DNA from: Candidatus Bathyarchaeota archaeon | GTDB lineage: Archaea > Thermoproteota > Bathyarchaeia > Hecatellales > Hecatellaceae | DNA length: 64,000 nt | Assembly: GCA_052246995.1 (NCBI GenBank) | Contig: JBQPWD010000001.1 | Coordinates: forward strand, 32,001 to 96,000 | Direction: 5' to 3' | Part shown: positions 38,967-49,185 of the stretch, one piece after another | Position numbering within the stretch: the first letter of the stretch is position 1 | Layout of the letters: every line of letters begins with the position of its first letter | Position numbers and translations under genes: made by a program | Notes under the pieces: model-generated | Told to the model about the DNA's origin: nothing | Database searches by the model: none | What the model saw: the letters and a program-made list of their open reading frames with translations, nothing else

Positions 38967-40760
38967 TTGGTTGAAAAAATACTACCTGATACTTCAGTTA
39001 TAATTAACGGTATGATGTTTAACCTTCTTGAATCAGAAAAATTTGAAGATGTTGAAATACTTATACCAACAATAGTTGTTGAAGAACTTCAGTCACAAGC
39101 TTCCAAGGGAAGAGAATCTGGTTTTATTGGTTTAAAAGAGCTTAAAAAACTTAGAGAATTATGTGAGAAAAAGGGTTTTCACATAATTTTTATCGGAGAA
39201 AGACCTAGCCTAGACGATATAAGGCTTGCTAAAAGTGGGCGTCTAGATGCTCTTATAATGGATATCGCTAAAAAGCTAGGATGTACTCTTTACACCTCTG
39301 ACTATGTTCAAGCTTTAACTTCTGAAGCTTATGGTGTTAAAGTTAGATACATTGTTTTTGAGGGTAAATCTAGAAAGCTTAAATTTGAAGAGTTTTTTAC
39401 ACCTGACACTTTAAGCATTCATCTTAAGGAGGATGTACCACCCCTAGCAAAAAGAGGTTTTCCAGGGAATTTTAAGCTTGTTAAAATTGGAAGTAAAGTT
39501 TTAACGGTGAAGGATGTTGAAGAGGTTATAAGTGAAATTTTTGAGGCTATGCGTAGTGGTGAAGGTTTTTACGAGATTAGTAGAAGTGGTGCAATGATTA
39601 TTCAGCTTAGGGATTACCGTATAGCAATATCAAGACCACCGTTTTCAGATGGTTTAGAGGTTACAATAGTTAAACCTATAGTAAAGCTTAAACTTGAAGA
39701 TTACAAGTTAAGCGAAAAACTTATGGCAAGGCTTAAAGAAAAAGCTGAGGGAATACTTATTGCAGGCCCTCCAGGTTCTGGCAAAACAACTTTTGCATCG
39801 TCGTTAGCTGAATTTTATATGTCTCAAGGAAAAATTGTAAAAACGTTGGAAGCTCCAAGAGACCTTCAGGTTGGGCCTGAAATAACCCAGTATAGACCTT
39901 TAGAAGGCAGTTTTGAGAAGGCTTCTGAAATTCTTTTACTTGTAAGGCCTGACTATACTATTTTTGATGAGCTTAGAAAAACTGAAGATTTTAATGTTTT
40001 TGCGGATATGAGGCTTGCAGGTGTTGGTATGGTTGGCGTTGTTCATGCAAGCAATCCTATAGATGCTATTCAAAGGTTTATTGGTAGAGTTGAACTTGGA
40101 ATGATACCTCATATAGTTGATACTTTAATATTTGTCCGTTATGGTAAGATAGAAAAGGTTTACGAGTTAACTTTAAAAGTTAAAATCCCAACAGGTATGA
40201 CAAGTGAAGACTTAGCAAGACCTGTTATTGAGGTTAGAGATTTTGAGTCAGGTAAACTTGAATACGAAATTTATACCTTTGGGAACGAAAATGCGGTTAT
40301 CCCGGTGGTTGGGGTTGAAGAAAAAACTCTAACTCAAAAACTTGCTGAAGAAAGAATTTTAAGCGAAATTAGAAGGTTTGACCCTTATGCTGAAATTGAA
40401 ATTAAAAATAATACTGCAGTTGTTAAGGTTTCTAGAAGAGTGATACCAAAGCTTGTTGGTAAAGGTGGAAAAACAATTTTAAGCTTAGAAAGAAAACTTG
40501 GAATTAAACTTGAAGTTCAGCCAAGAGAAAAACTTGAGAATGAAGTTAAATTTAAAATTGAAGAAACCGAGAACACCATTGACCTAGTTTTTGATGAAAA
40601 TTGTATTGGAAAAACGGTTTGTATCTATGTTGGTGATGAACTTCTTTTTCCCGTAACAGTTGGCAAGAACGCTCAAGTAAAAATATCAAAAAGAAGCATT
40701 ACTGGAAAAAAGTTGGCTGAGGCTTTAAATCAAGGAAGAACGATAAGGGTTACCATCTAA
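38967..40760 (+). CDS. PIN-ATPase-KH protein (PINA, MJ1533-like)
   Basis: PDTSVIING PIN domain, GPPGSGKTT, RPDYTIFDE, LVGKGG KH motif. Confidence 0.93.
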   Translation: MVEKILPDTSVIINGMMFNLLESEKFEDVEILIPTIVVEELQSQASKGRESGFIGLKELKKLRELCEKKGFHIIFIGERPSLDDIRLAKSGRLDALIMDIAKKLGCTLYTSDYVQALTSEAYGVKVRYIVFEGKSRKLKFEEFFTPDTLSIHLKEDVPPLAKRGFPGNFKLVKIGSKVLTVKDVEEVISEIFEAMRSGEGFYEISRSGAMIIQLRDYRIAISRPPFSDGLEVTIVKPIVKLKLEDYKLSEKLMARLKEKAEGILIAGPPGSGKTTFASSLAEFYMSQGKIVKTLEAPRDLQVGPEITQYRPLEGSFEKASEILLLVRPDYTIFDELRKTEDFNVFADMRLAGVGMVGVVHASNPIDAIQRFIGRVELGMIPHIVDTLIFVRYGKIEKVYELTLKVKIPTGMTSEDLARPVIEVRDFESGKLEYEIYTFGNENAVIPVVGVEEKTLTQKLAEERILSEIRRFDPYAEIEIKNNTAVVKVSRRVIPKLVGKGGKTILSLERKLGIKLEVQPREKLENEVKFKIEETENTIDLVFDENCIGKTVCIYVGDELLFPVTVGKNAQVKISKRSITGKKLAEALNQGRTIRVTI

Positions 40761-40775
40761 ACTAAAAATTTATAT

Positions 40776-41255
40776 ATGGCATTCCAGGTAAAACCGATAA
40801 AATTGGTGGTTTCTTTGACAAGCGTCAAAGAAAAGAAAAGTTTAAAAATTTCTTCTATTCTGCTTGTGGTGTCTGCGCTTATCGCCATAATTTTTGGTTT
40901 AATATACTGTTTTACTCAAGACCTCATGTACTACCATCAGGATTATACAGGCCTTAAAATAGCTGACATAGCAAAATTTAACCCTAAATTTGCTTTCCTA
41001 ACAATGATTTTCCTAAGAGTTATTGGTGTTTACCTAATAGGTTACGGAATTTTGCTTACATTTATAGCGGTTAAGAGCTTTCTTAGAGCTGAAAAGTGGG
41101 CTTGGGGTGCTGTTCTAGTTGGAGGTTTAGCAACAAACATTCCAACATTAGTAATAACTTATACTGTTAAAGGTCCATGGATTGCTGCTCTTATAACCCT
41201 TATACTACTAGTGGTAGCATTAACCTTACCCGTGAAAGAGTTCTTTCGTAAGTAA
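40776..41255 (+). CDS. Four-helix membrane protein of unknown function
   Basis: Four hydrophobic segments; MYYHQDYTG loop. Confidence 0.75.
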   Translation: MAFQVKPIKLVVSLTSVKEKKSLKISSILLVVSALIAIIFGLIYCFTQDLMYYHQDYTGLKIADIAKFNPKFAFLTMIFLRVIGVYLIGYGILLTFIAVKSFLRAEKWAWGAVLVGGLATNIPTLVITYTVKGPWIAALITLILLVVALTLPVKEFFRK

Positions 41256-41395
41256 AAATGGGGATGTTTGTATCTAAAAGGCTTAAATTTTATCTATTTT
41301 TTTGAACGTCATGTTACCGATTAAAACCTTTTTTAACAGAAACAGATTTATTTTTCACCTAGGATAAGAAACCTCATAGGTGGTGGATAGCTAAA

Positions 41396-44068
41396 ATGCG
41401 TGTTTACCTTTTTGAGGAGGGTGGAGCTCATCTTAAAAACCTACTTGGAGGTAAAGGTGGAAATCTTGCTGAAATGGCTAGGATAGGTTTGCCAGTTCCA
41501 CCTGGAATAATAGTTACAACTGAAGCTTGCAGAGAATTTTTCGAGAAGAATGAAACTATGCCTGAAGGTTTAATGGAGGAAATTGTGGAAAAACTTAAAA
41601 TAGTTGAGAAGAAAGTTGGACAAAGATTTGGTGATCCCGAAAACCCTTTACTTGTTTCCGTCCGCTCAGGTGCGCCTGTTTCCATGCCTGGCATGATGGA
41701 AACGGTACTTAACCTTGGATTAAATGATGAAACAGTTAAAGGTTTGATTAAGAAGACTGGTGATGAGAGGTTTGCCTATGACTGCTATAGAAGATTTCTT
41801 CAAATGTTTGGTAGAGTTGTGCTTGGAATTAAAGGTGAGAAATTTGATGAAATTTTTGAGGATGTTAAAAGAAGGAAAGGAGTAAAATTTGATGTTGAGC
41901 TTGATGCAGAGGATCTTAAAGAAATAACTGAAAGGTTTAAGGAGCTTATTTTAAGGGAAACAGGCAAACCCATTCCCAGCAATCCTTGGGAACAGTTAAA
42001 ACTGGCTGTAATTGCTGTTTTTAAATCTTGGAATACTCCTAGAGCTATTGTGTATAGGAAGGCTAACAAAATTCCAGATAACCTTTACACCGCTGTAAAC
42101 ATTCAAGTAATGGTTTTTGGAAACCGAGGTTACCCCTCTGGTAGTGGTGTTGTTTTTACACGTAGCCCTGCTACAGGTGAAAAAGAACTTTATGGTGAAT
42201 ACTTGGATAATGCTCAAGGTGAGGATGTTGTTGCAGGAATAAGAACCCCTAAACCTATAAGTAAGCTTAAGAATGAGATGCCTTACCTTTACAATCAGCT
42301 TAAAGAGGTTGCTGAAAAACTTGAAAAACATTACAAGGATATGCAAGATGTTGAGTTTACAATTGAAGATGGTAAGCTTTACATTTTACAAACAAGAACA
42401 GGTAAACGTACGGCTTATGCTGCTGTAAAGATTGCTGTGGACATGGTTAATGAAGGTCTAATAAGTGTTGAAGATGCTTTAATGATGGTTGACCCTGCAC
42501 AATTAACCCAGCTTTTACATCCATCTTTAGATCCAAATGTTAAGGTTAAGCCTATTGCTAAAGGTCTCCCAGCATCTCCCGGTACAACATGTGGGAAGGT
42601 TATTTTCAATGTTGATGAAGCTGCTAAACTTGGAAGTGAAGGTGAAGATGTTATACTTGTTAGACCTGAAACAACACCTGAAGATATTCATGGTGTTATT
42701 GTTGCTAAAGGTATCCTGACAAGTCGCGGAGGTATGACAAGTCATGCCGCTGTTGTTGCTAGAGGGATGGGTAAACCTGCTATTGTTGGATGTGAATCTA
42801 TAAAAATTGATTTAGAGGCTGAAAAGTTTGTAGTGGGAGATGTTGAAGTTAGGAAGGGTGACATCATAACCATTGATGGAACATCAGGTTCTGTTATACT
42901 TGGAAAAGTTCCAATGGTTGAACCTCAAATATCAGGCGAACTGGAGAGACTTCTTAAATGGGCTGATGAAGTTAGAAGTTTAGGTGTACGTGCTAATGCT
43001 GATACCCCTGAAGCTGCAACTAAAGCTAGAATGTTTGGTGCAGAAGGTATTGGGTTGTGCAGAACTGAACGTATGTTCAATGCCCCTGATAGAATAGCAA
43101 TTGTTCAGGAAATGATTTTAGCAAGAACACGTGGGAAAGAGGAGATGAAAAAATATTTAGATAAACTTTTACCTATGCAAAAGGAAGATTTTAAGAGAAT
43201 ATTTAAGGCTATGGATGGTTACCCCGTGACAATTAGACTTCTAGACTTGCCACTTCACGAATTCCTACCCAAAATGGAGGAGCTTATCGAAGAAGTTACA
43301 AGGCTAAAAATAGAGGGTAGGGACTCCGAGAGGCTTAGTGAAAAGGAAAATATTCTTAAACATGTTTTACAGCTTGCTGAGCATAATCCTATGATGGGTC
43401 ATAGAGGTTGTAGGCTTGGTATAACCTACCCTGAGATATACGAAATGCAAACAAGAGCTATATTCGAGGCAGCAATTGAACTTTACAAGGAAGATGTTGA
43501 AGTTAAACCTGAAATAATGCTTCCACTTGTAGGTATGGGTGAAGAATTAGCAAGATTAAGGAAGGTTGTTGAAGAAACTGCGGAGAAAGTTATGACCGAG
43601 AGGGGTGTTAAAATAGAGTACCTCATTGGAACAATGGTTGAGGTTCCAAGAGCAGCTTTAACAGCTGATGAGATAGCTAAATACGCTGATTTCTTCTCGT
43701 TTGGAACTAATGACCTTACACAAACAGTTTTTGCTTTCAGTCGTGATGATGCGGAAGCAAAGTTTTTAAACGAATATCTTGAAAAGAAAATCTTAAAAGT
43801 TAACCCCTTTGAGGTCTTGGACAAAGAGGGTGTTGGAAAACTAATTGATATGGCTGTTAAACTTGGTAGAAGCACTAAGAAAGATTTAAAAATTGGTGTT
43901 TGTGGAGAGCATGGTGGAGAACCAGAATCTATAAACTTCTTCCATAGGGTTGGCGTTAACTATGTAAGCTGTTCTCCGTTTAGAATACCGGTAGCTAGGC
44001 TTGCAGCTGCCCAGGCTAAGCTTAAAGAGGGAAAAATTGTGGAGGAGAGGTGGAAAGCAACAGTTTAA
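41396..44068 (+). CDS. ppdK: Pyruvate, phosphate dikinase
   Basis: LGGKGGNL, VSVRSGA, GGMTSHAAVVAR, GLCRTE, FGTNDLTQ, CGEHGG. Confidence 0.98.
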   Translation: MRVYLFEEGGAHLKNLLGGKGGNLAEMARIGLPVPPGIIVTTEACREFFEKNETMPEGLMEEIVEKLKIVEKKVGQRFGDPENPLLVSVRSGAPVSMPGMMETVLNLGLNDETVKGLIKKTGDERFAYDCYRRFLQMFGRVVLGIKGEKFDEIFEDVKRRKGVKFDVELDAEDLKEITERFKELILRETGKPIPSNPWEQLKLAVIAVFKSWNTPRAIVYRKANKIPDNLYTAVNIQVMVFGNRGYPSGSGVVFTRSPATGEKELYGEYLDNAQGEDVVAGIRTPKPISKLKNEMPYLYNQLKEVAEKLEKHYKDMQDVEFTIEDGKLYILQTRTGKRTAYAAVKIAVDMVNEGLISVEDALMMVDPAQLTQLLHPSLDPNVKVKPIAKGLPASPGTTCGKVIFNVDEAAKLGSEGEDVILVRPETTPEDIHGVIVAKGILTSRGGMTSHAAVVARGMGKPAIVGCESIKIDLEAEKFVVGDVEVRKGDIITIDGTSGSVILGKVPMVEPQISGELERLLKWADEVRSLGVRANADTPEAATKARMFGAEGIGLCRTERMFNAPDRIAIVQEMILARTRGKEEMKKYLDKLLPMQKEDFKRIFKAMDGYPVTIRLLDLPLHEFLPKMEELIEEVTRLKIEGRDSERLSEKENILKHVLQLAEHNPMMGHRGCRLGITYPEIYEMQTRAIFEAAIELYKEDVEVKPEIMLPLVGMGEELARLRKVVEETAEKVMTERGVKIEYLIGTMVEVPRAALTADEIAKYADFFSFGTNDLTQTVFAFSRDDAEAKFLNEYLEKKILKVNPFEVLDKEGVGKLIDMAVKLGRSTKKDLKIGVCGEHGGEPESINFFHRVGVNYVSCSPFRIPVARLAAAQAKLKEGKIVEERWKATV

Positions 44069-44115
44069 TCTAAACTTTATTTTACTTTAATTTTTTTTAT
44101 TCTTGGAGCAGTAGA

Positions 44116-45126
44116 ATGAAGGTTAAACTTCTTTTTCCAGGATTATTCCAGATTAAACTACCTTTACCAAGTAATCCTTTAGGTTATGTAAACCTCTACC
44201 TTATAGAAGATGAAGGAAAACTTGCATTGATAGATGTAGGATTCAATAATAGGTGTGTGTTTAAGGAGTTATGTCTCCAGCTCAGCGAAGCAGGTTTTAG
44301 TATAAAAGATTTGGAGAAGGTTTTTGTTACACACTTTCACCCTGACCATTCAGGATTGCTGTTAAAGCTAAGAAGTATTCCAAACCTTAAGCTTATACTC
44401 CATACCGTGCAAATAAATGTCTTAAAAAGAAGACTTCTAGTTGGGAATGATTGGTATAGCAGTGGAAAATTTTTTATGGAGAACGGTTTTCCTAAAAAGC
44501 TTTTACTAAGTATGGGTTTAAAATTTAGGTTAGACCTGAAAAACGTTCTAGCTTATAAAAATCTTTTTAATCAACTAGCACATCCCCAGCTGACAATTAG
44601 AGATGACAATGTTAAAATTGGTAACTTTAAATTTAAAATTTTTTGGACACCTGGACATGCAAAAGAGCATGTATGTTTTTATGAAGCTGAAAAGCGGTTT
44701 ATAATTGTTGGAGACCATCTACTTCCAACCATAACTCCAAACATCTTTACATTTGCTAGAAATGAAAATCCGCTGTCTGACTATCTTAAAAGTCTAAGTC
44801 GCATTGAATTCTTCGACGTAGAACATGTTCTTCCTGGTCATGAAGAGGTTTTTAAAGCTTTTAAAGAAAGGATTCAGCAAACAAAAACACACTACATGCA
44901 AAGGTTAAATGAGGTTTTAAGCATTGTTAGTATGGGAAAATTTACCGCATACCATATCGCATCAGAAATTAGGTGGAATTTACCATATCTTTCATGGGAA
45001 AGTTATCCATTACTCCAAAAATTTCTAGCCATGGGTGAAACATTAGCCTACCTAAATTTTCTAAAAACTATGAACATGGTTGAGGAAGTAGTGGAAGGTG
45101 GTAAAATTTTCTATAAAGCCAAATAA
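44116..45126 (+). CDS. MBL-fold metallo-hydrolase with C-terminal winged helix
   Basis: THFHPDHSG, TPGH, GDHLLP, PGH. Confidence 0.9.
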   Translation: MKVKLLFPGLFQIKLPLPSNPLGYVNLYLIEDEGKLALIDVGFNNRCVFKELCLQLSEAGFSIKDLEKVFVTHFHPDHSGLLLKLRSIPNLKLILHTVQINVLKRRLLVGNDWYSSGKFFMENGFPKKLLLSMGLKFRLDLKNVLAYKNLFNQLAHPQLTIRDDNVKIGNFKFKIFWTPGHAKEHVCFYEAEKRFIIVGDHLLPTITPNIFTFARNENPLSDYLKSLSRIEFFDVEHVLPGHEEVFKAFKERIQQTKTHYMQRLNEVLSIVSMGKFTAYHIASEIRWNLPYLSWESYPLLQKFLAMGETLAYLNFLKTMNMVEEVVEGGKIFYKAK

Positions 45127-45270
45127 CGAAAGATTAAAGAAATTTTTACGGTAAGAAATAAGTACAAGAGCAGTGTTTATCTATATAGTATGTTGCAAGC
45201 AGAACACTTTTTGCTTCTTAATTTTTACTTAAGAAATAAAACTATACAGATTAGGTGTAGAAACCTAGTT

Positions 45271-45387
45271 AAAGCTGGGATTCTTAAACCCTACCTTGAA
45301 CATCCATGGTTAAAATTTCACCTCGGCAACATTCCCGCTAATGTTAAGATTCCTAGAAAAAATTTAATTAAATCTTTGAGAAAGTAG
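45271..45387 (+). pseudogene. Possible remnant of the N-terminus of a long-chain acyl-CoA ligase
   Basis: KPYLEHPWLKFHLGNIPANVKIPR resembles the PWLK.Y...VP..I..P N-terminus of FadD-type ligases; stops immediately after. Confidence 0.4.
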
Positions 45388-45410
45388 CTGAAATTATGGT
45401 GAAGTAAAGG

Positions 45411-46829
45411 TTGATGACGTTTTCAGGTAAAAGTTTAGATGTAGTTTTTTATCCAAAGTCTGTTGCACTTGTAGGGGCTTCGAGAGAAGTTGACTTTTAT
45501 ATAAATACCATTTCAGCCTCCAAGTTAAAGGAAAATTTTTTCCTTGTTAATCCCCGGTATAGTGAGGTTTTAGGGTTTAAATGTTATTCAAGCATTTTAG
45601 ACATCCCTAAACCTGTTGATTATGCTATTTTTGCAATTCCAGCCAGACTTATACCTAAAGTTTTGGAGGATTGCGGTAAAAAAGGTGTTAAGGTTGTTCA
45701 TATTTATTCTTCAGGTTTTAGTGAAACTGGACTTGAGGAGGGTAAAAGGCTTGAGGAAGAAATTTTAAACATAGCTAAAAGTTATGGAATTAGAATTATT
45801 GGCCCAAATTGTATGGGAGTTTACTGTCCAGAATCAGGTTTATTCTTTTCTCATGATTTACCTTCTGATGAGGGTTCTGTTGGATTTATATCTCAGAGTG
45901 GGGGTCAAGCTATTAGCTTCATATTTAAGGGAATGTTGAGAGGTTTTAGGTTTAGTAAAGTTATAAGCTATGGTAACGCTTTAGATATAGATTTTGTTGA
46001 ACTTATAGACTACCTAGCTGAGGACTCTAAGACAAGTGTTATTGGGGCGTATGTTGAAGGTTTAAGAAAAACTAAAGGCTTGCTTGAAACCTTAAAAAAA
46101 GCTTCAAAAATAAAACCTTTAGTTATTTTAAAGGGTGGGCAAACAGAAGATGGAGCTAGAGCCGCAGCCTCTCACACGGGTGTACTTGCAGGTTCAGCAA
46201 AAATCTGGGAGGGTTTCCTTAGACAAGTTAAAGCTATACAAGTTGAAAACTTTGATGAAATGGCTGACATTATTGTAGGTTTTCTTTACGCTTTCCCACC
46301 AAAAGGTAAAGGTGTAACTATTGTAACAACTTCAGGTGGTTCTGCCGTTATTCATACAGATTTATGTGTTAAGGTTGGATTAACTATTCCAAAGTTTTCT
46401 GAGGAAACCCAGAATAGGCTTAGAAAGTTTATTCCACTAGCTGGAACAAGCATAAAAAACCCTTTAGATGCTTGGCCAGCTTTTCAGTATGGAACATTAC
46501 CCGATGCTTTAAACGTTATATCCCAAGATGAAAATATTCATTCACTAATTATTGAGGTTCAACCTGAAGAGTTTAAAGCATACACAACCACCGACCCCAC
46601 CATTGTTGACAAGTTTACAGCGATAATAGGTAAAACATGTAAAACTATCATGAATGAACAAGGTAAACCTGTAATGATTGCTGTTACCAGAAGCATCTAC
46701 CCTGAGCTTGAAGCAAAAATTAAAACTCAACTTCAAAACATGAATCTTCCCGTTTACCATTCAGTTTATGATGCAGCAAAAACTCTCTCAGAGCTTTTTT
46801 CAAAGTTTACCTCAATCAACACTAGTTGA
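45411..46829 (+). CDS. ADP-forming acyl-CoA synthetase alpha subunit (CoA-binding protein)
   Basis: PKSVALVGAS, IIGPNCMG, SQSGG, SYGN, AASHTG, NPLD. Confidence 0.92.
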   Translation: MMTFSGKSLDVVFYPKSVALVGASREVDFYINTISASKLKENFFLVNPRYSEVLGFKCYSSILDIPKPVDYAIFAIPARLIPKVLEDCGKKGVKVVHIYSSGFSETGLEEGKRLEEEILNIAKSYGIRIIGPNCMGVYCPESGLFFSHDLPSDEGSVGFISQSGGQAISFIFKGMLRGFRFSKVISYGNALDIDFVELIDYLAEDSKTSVIGAYVEGLRKTKGLLETLKKASKIKPLVILKGGQTEDGARAAASHTGVLAGSAKIWEGFLRQVKAIQVENFDEMADIIVGFLYAFPPKGKGVTIVTTSGGSAVIHTDLCVKVGLTIPKFSEETQNRLRKFIPLAGTSIKNPLDAWPAFQYGTLPDALNVISQDENIHSLIIEVQPEEFKAYTTTDPTIVDKFTAIIGKTCKTIMNEQGKPVMIAVTRSIYPELEAKIKTQLQNMNLPVYHSVYDAAKTLSELFSKFTSINTS

Positions 46830-47088
46830 AAAGAAACTCAAATTCCAAGTATTAAAAACCGTTTAAGAAGATTTATGTTTCCGAAAAGCAAAATAAACAA
46901 ATTTGATGTATATCTGCCCTTATAGTTTTTAACTTCTTCTCTTGCACCCTGTTTATGACCGTCTCACATTAACTTTTAATTTTTCCGCTACAACTTCAAA
47001 ACCTGATTTTTCAGTAGTCCATTATGTAGACCTTTGGCCAGACCATATAGTTTACTTTCTTTCTAAAAAATATGAGAAGTGAATTGTT

Positions 47089-47166
47089 TGGTAGCGGGGC
47101 GTGGATTTGAACCACGGATCTCGGGGTTATGAGCCCCGCGGGTTAACCTGGCTACCCCACCCCGCT
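47089..47166 (-). tRNA. Initiator tRNA-Met (CAU)
   Basis: AGCGGGG...GGGCTCATAACCC...GGTTCAAATCC...CCCCGCTACCA; A1-U72 pair, three G-C pairs in the anticodon stem, CCA encoded, no intron. Confidence 0.98.
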
Positions 47167-47387
47167 TCTCTTGAGGCTTCTTTTTCTAAACCTTTTGTCA
47201 GTTAATTAACTAGACGACTGTTTTATAAATTTTACTTAGTGAGGTTTTTCAAAACAATTTATTTAAAAGTTATCTAAAATAGGGTTACTGTAAGGGGTAA
47301 GTTCTTAAGTGTAAGCAAGTAATTATGACATCAAAGAAGTGGTTGTTGAAGGACAGAGCTTTCACAGCTGTGGGAGGTTGTTTAGGC

Positions 47388-47681
47388 ATGGAGTATATGT
47401 GGTATGTAATAGGCTTCGCCGGAGCCTGTTTAACAATGTTTGGTTTTGTTCCACAGGTTGTTAGAATGTTTAAGACTAAATCAGTAAACGACGTGAGCTT
47501 TCTAACTTTGCTCCAGATAAGTGTAGGTGCATTACTTTGGATACTTTATGGTTTACATATACGTGATGTTGTCGTCGTAACTGCAAACATAGTTACTTTA
47601 ACTACGTTAATCATGACAATAACCCTTTATTTACGCTATAGAAAACCTTGTAAACATACAAAGAATTTTGAACGGAGTTAA
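47388..47681 (+). CDS. SemiSWEET/PQ-loop transporter
   Basis: GFVPQV..KTKSVNDVS...LWILYG...TAN; start probably ATG 47388. Confidence 0.92.
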   Translation: MEYMWYVIGFAGACLTMFGFVPQVVRMFKTKSVNDVSFLTLLQISVGALLWILYGLHIRDVVVVTANIVTLTTLIMTITLYLRYRKPCKHTKNFERS

Positions 47682-47751
47682 TTTTTTAAGTGAAACTCAA
47701 TTGGGTTGGTGAATAATTGGTGGGAGAATAGCGGAAACACTCTTTATTTTT

Positions 47752-48042
47752 TCAATATCTAATCTCAAAATCTTTAAACTCTCCTTTATACTCCTCCCAT
47801 GAAACTTTGATGTCTTTAACTTTTGCAAGGGGTGGGCCTTTACGGCAAAATTTTATCATTTCTTCAACATCTTCTTTTTCACCCTCAAAAACAGCTTCAA
47901 CCTCTCCGTTAGGTAAATTTCTAACCCAACCTTTAACCCCCCTTTTTAAAGCTTCTTTTTTGGTTTCATGCCGAAAAAATACGCCTTGAACTCTTCCACT
48001 TACAACAACATGAGCTCTAACTTTCAACTTGTTAGCCTCCAA
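47752..48042 (-). CDS. acyP: Acylphosphatase
   Basis: [15 protein letters not shown]. Confidence 0.96.
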   Translation of the reverse strand: MEANKLKVRAHVVVSGRVQGVFFRHETKKEALKRGVKGWVRNLPNGEVEAVFEGEKEDVEEMIKFCRKGPPLAKVKDIKVSWEEYKGEFKDFEIRY

Positions 48043-48171
48043 ATTTTAGGTTCTCATGTTACTCTAACACATTAACTATCTTCCTTTTTTATTTTTAATT
48101 TTTAGAAGCTAAAAAAATAAATAACAGATGCTTACTATTTTGTAAGCGGATGGTTAAAGGGGGTTGAGTGG

Positions 48172-49185
48172 ATTCCCAGCTATAAGAAGATTAGGGCGGA
48201 TAGAGTTAAAGATTTTCTTGAAAGTTTAACTAACGAGTATAAGGTTTATGTTCCAGTAAATCGAGGAAACATTTACGTATTTGAAGAGTTTTCTAGTGGA
48301 AAAAAATTTGAGATTATATACCCAAAAACCATGGTTTCAGCTAAGAAACTTTTTTTACCTCCAGAAGAAGAAGTTCTAGAGTTTAAAGGGTTAAGAGTTA
48401 AAGAAAAAGTTGTAACCGAGAAAAGAGTTTTGTTTGGGGTTCATTCCTGCGATATCAATGCTTTACATATTCTTAATAAAGCATATAGTTTTAGGTATAA
48501 AGACTCTTATTACCTAGCTAGAAGAAAAAATACTTTAATTATTGGCGTAGAATGTCAACCATCTGAAACATGCTTCTGCAAGTCTATGGATGCATTCACT
48601 GTGAACAAAGGTTACGACTTGTTTTTAAGAAAGTTGAACGAGGAATATTACTGTGTTGATATAGCTTCAAAACTTGGTGAAAAGCTTACAGAATCACCTA
48701 TTTTTGAAGATGTAGATTCAGCATTAGCTAGAGAAGCTAAAAAACGCTTTTTTGAGAAAGTTAAAGAAAAAGTTCCAGTAAAAATTGAGGGTTTACCTGA
48801 AAAAATGGATATATGTTTCGCAGACGAAAAAATATGGAGTGATATTGCAAAAAGATGTCTTGGATGTGGAAATTGCACAATGGTTTGTCCTGTCTGTTGC
48901 TGCTTTAATTTTGTGGATACGGTTGACATTGATTTTAAAACTGGTAAACGTGTTAGGAAATGGGACGCTTGCGTTCTTCCAAACTTTTCAGTTGTTGCAG
49001 GAGGAATCAACTTTAGACCAACAATCCAGCATCGAATAAGAAACTGGTTTTATGACAAGTTTAAAGTATTTGTTGACCAAGTGGGAGTTCCTGGTTGTGT
49101 TGGTTGTGGTAGATGTGTAGCTTATTGTCCGGCAAAAATAGACCTAAGAGAGGAAATTAAAAAAATTTGGGAGAGGTTTCCATGA
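48172..49185 (+). CDS. hydB: Group 3b NiFe (sulf)hydrogenase beta subunit
   Basis: CLGCGNCTMVCPVCCC and CVGCGRCVAYCP; frame is open and HydB-like upstream of ATG 48331 back to ATT 48172. Confidence 0.9.
   Translation: MPSYKKIRADRVKDFLESLTNEYKVYVPVNRGNIYVFEEFSSGKKFEIIYPKTMVSAKKLFLPPEEEVLEFKGLRVKEKVVTEKRVLFGVHSCDINALHILNKAYSFRYKDSYYLARRKNTLIIGVECQPSETCFCKSMDAFTVNKGYDLFLRKLNEEYYCVDIASKLGEKLTESPIFEDVDSALAREAKKRFFEKVKEKVPVKIEGLPEKMDICFADEKIWSDIAKRCLGCGNCTMVCPVCCCFNFVDTVDIDFKTGKRVRKWDACVLPNFSVVAGGINFRPTIQHRIRNWFYDKFKVFVDQVGVPGCVGCGRCVAYCPAKIDLREEIKKIWERFP

Noticed and set aside
46830-47088. Integrated element at the 3' end of tRNA-iMet
   Set aside because: No integrase and no duplicated tRNA 3' end seen in the window; only short unidentifiable ORF fragments
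48130-48147. GCTTAC-N6-GTAAGC palindrome before the hydrogenase operon as a SurR site
   Set aside because: Does not match GTT-N3-AAC; a single 6-bp inverted repeat is too weak to call
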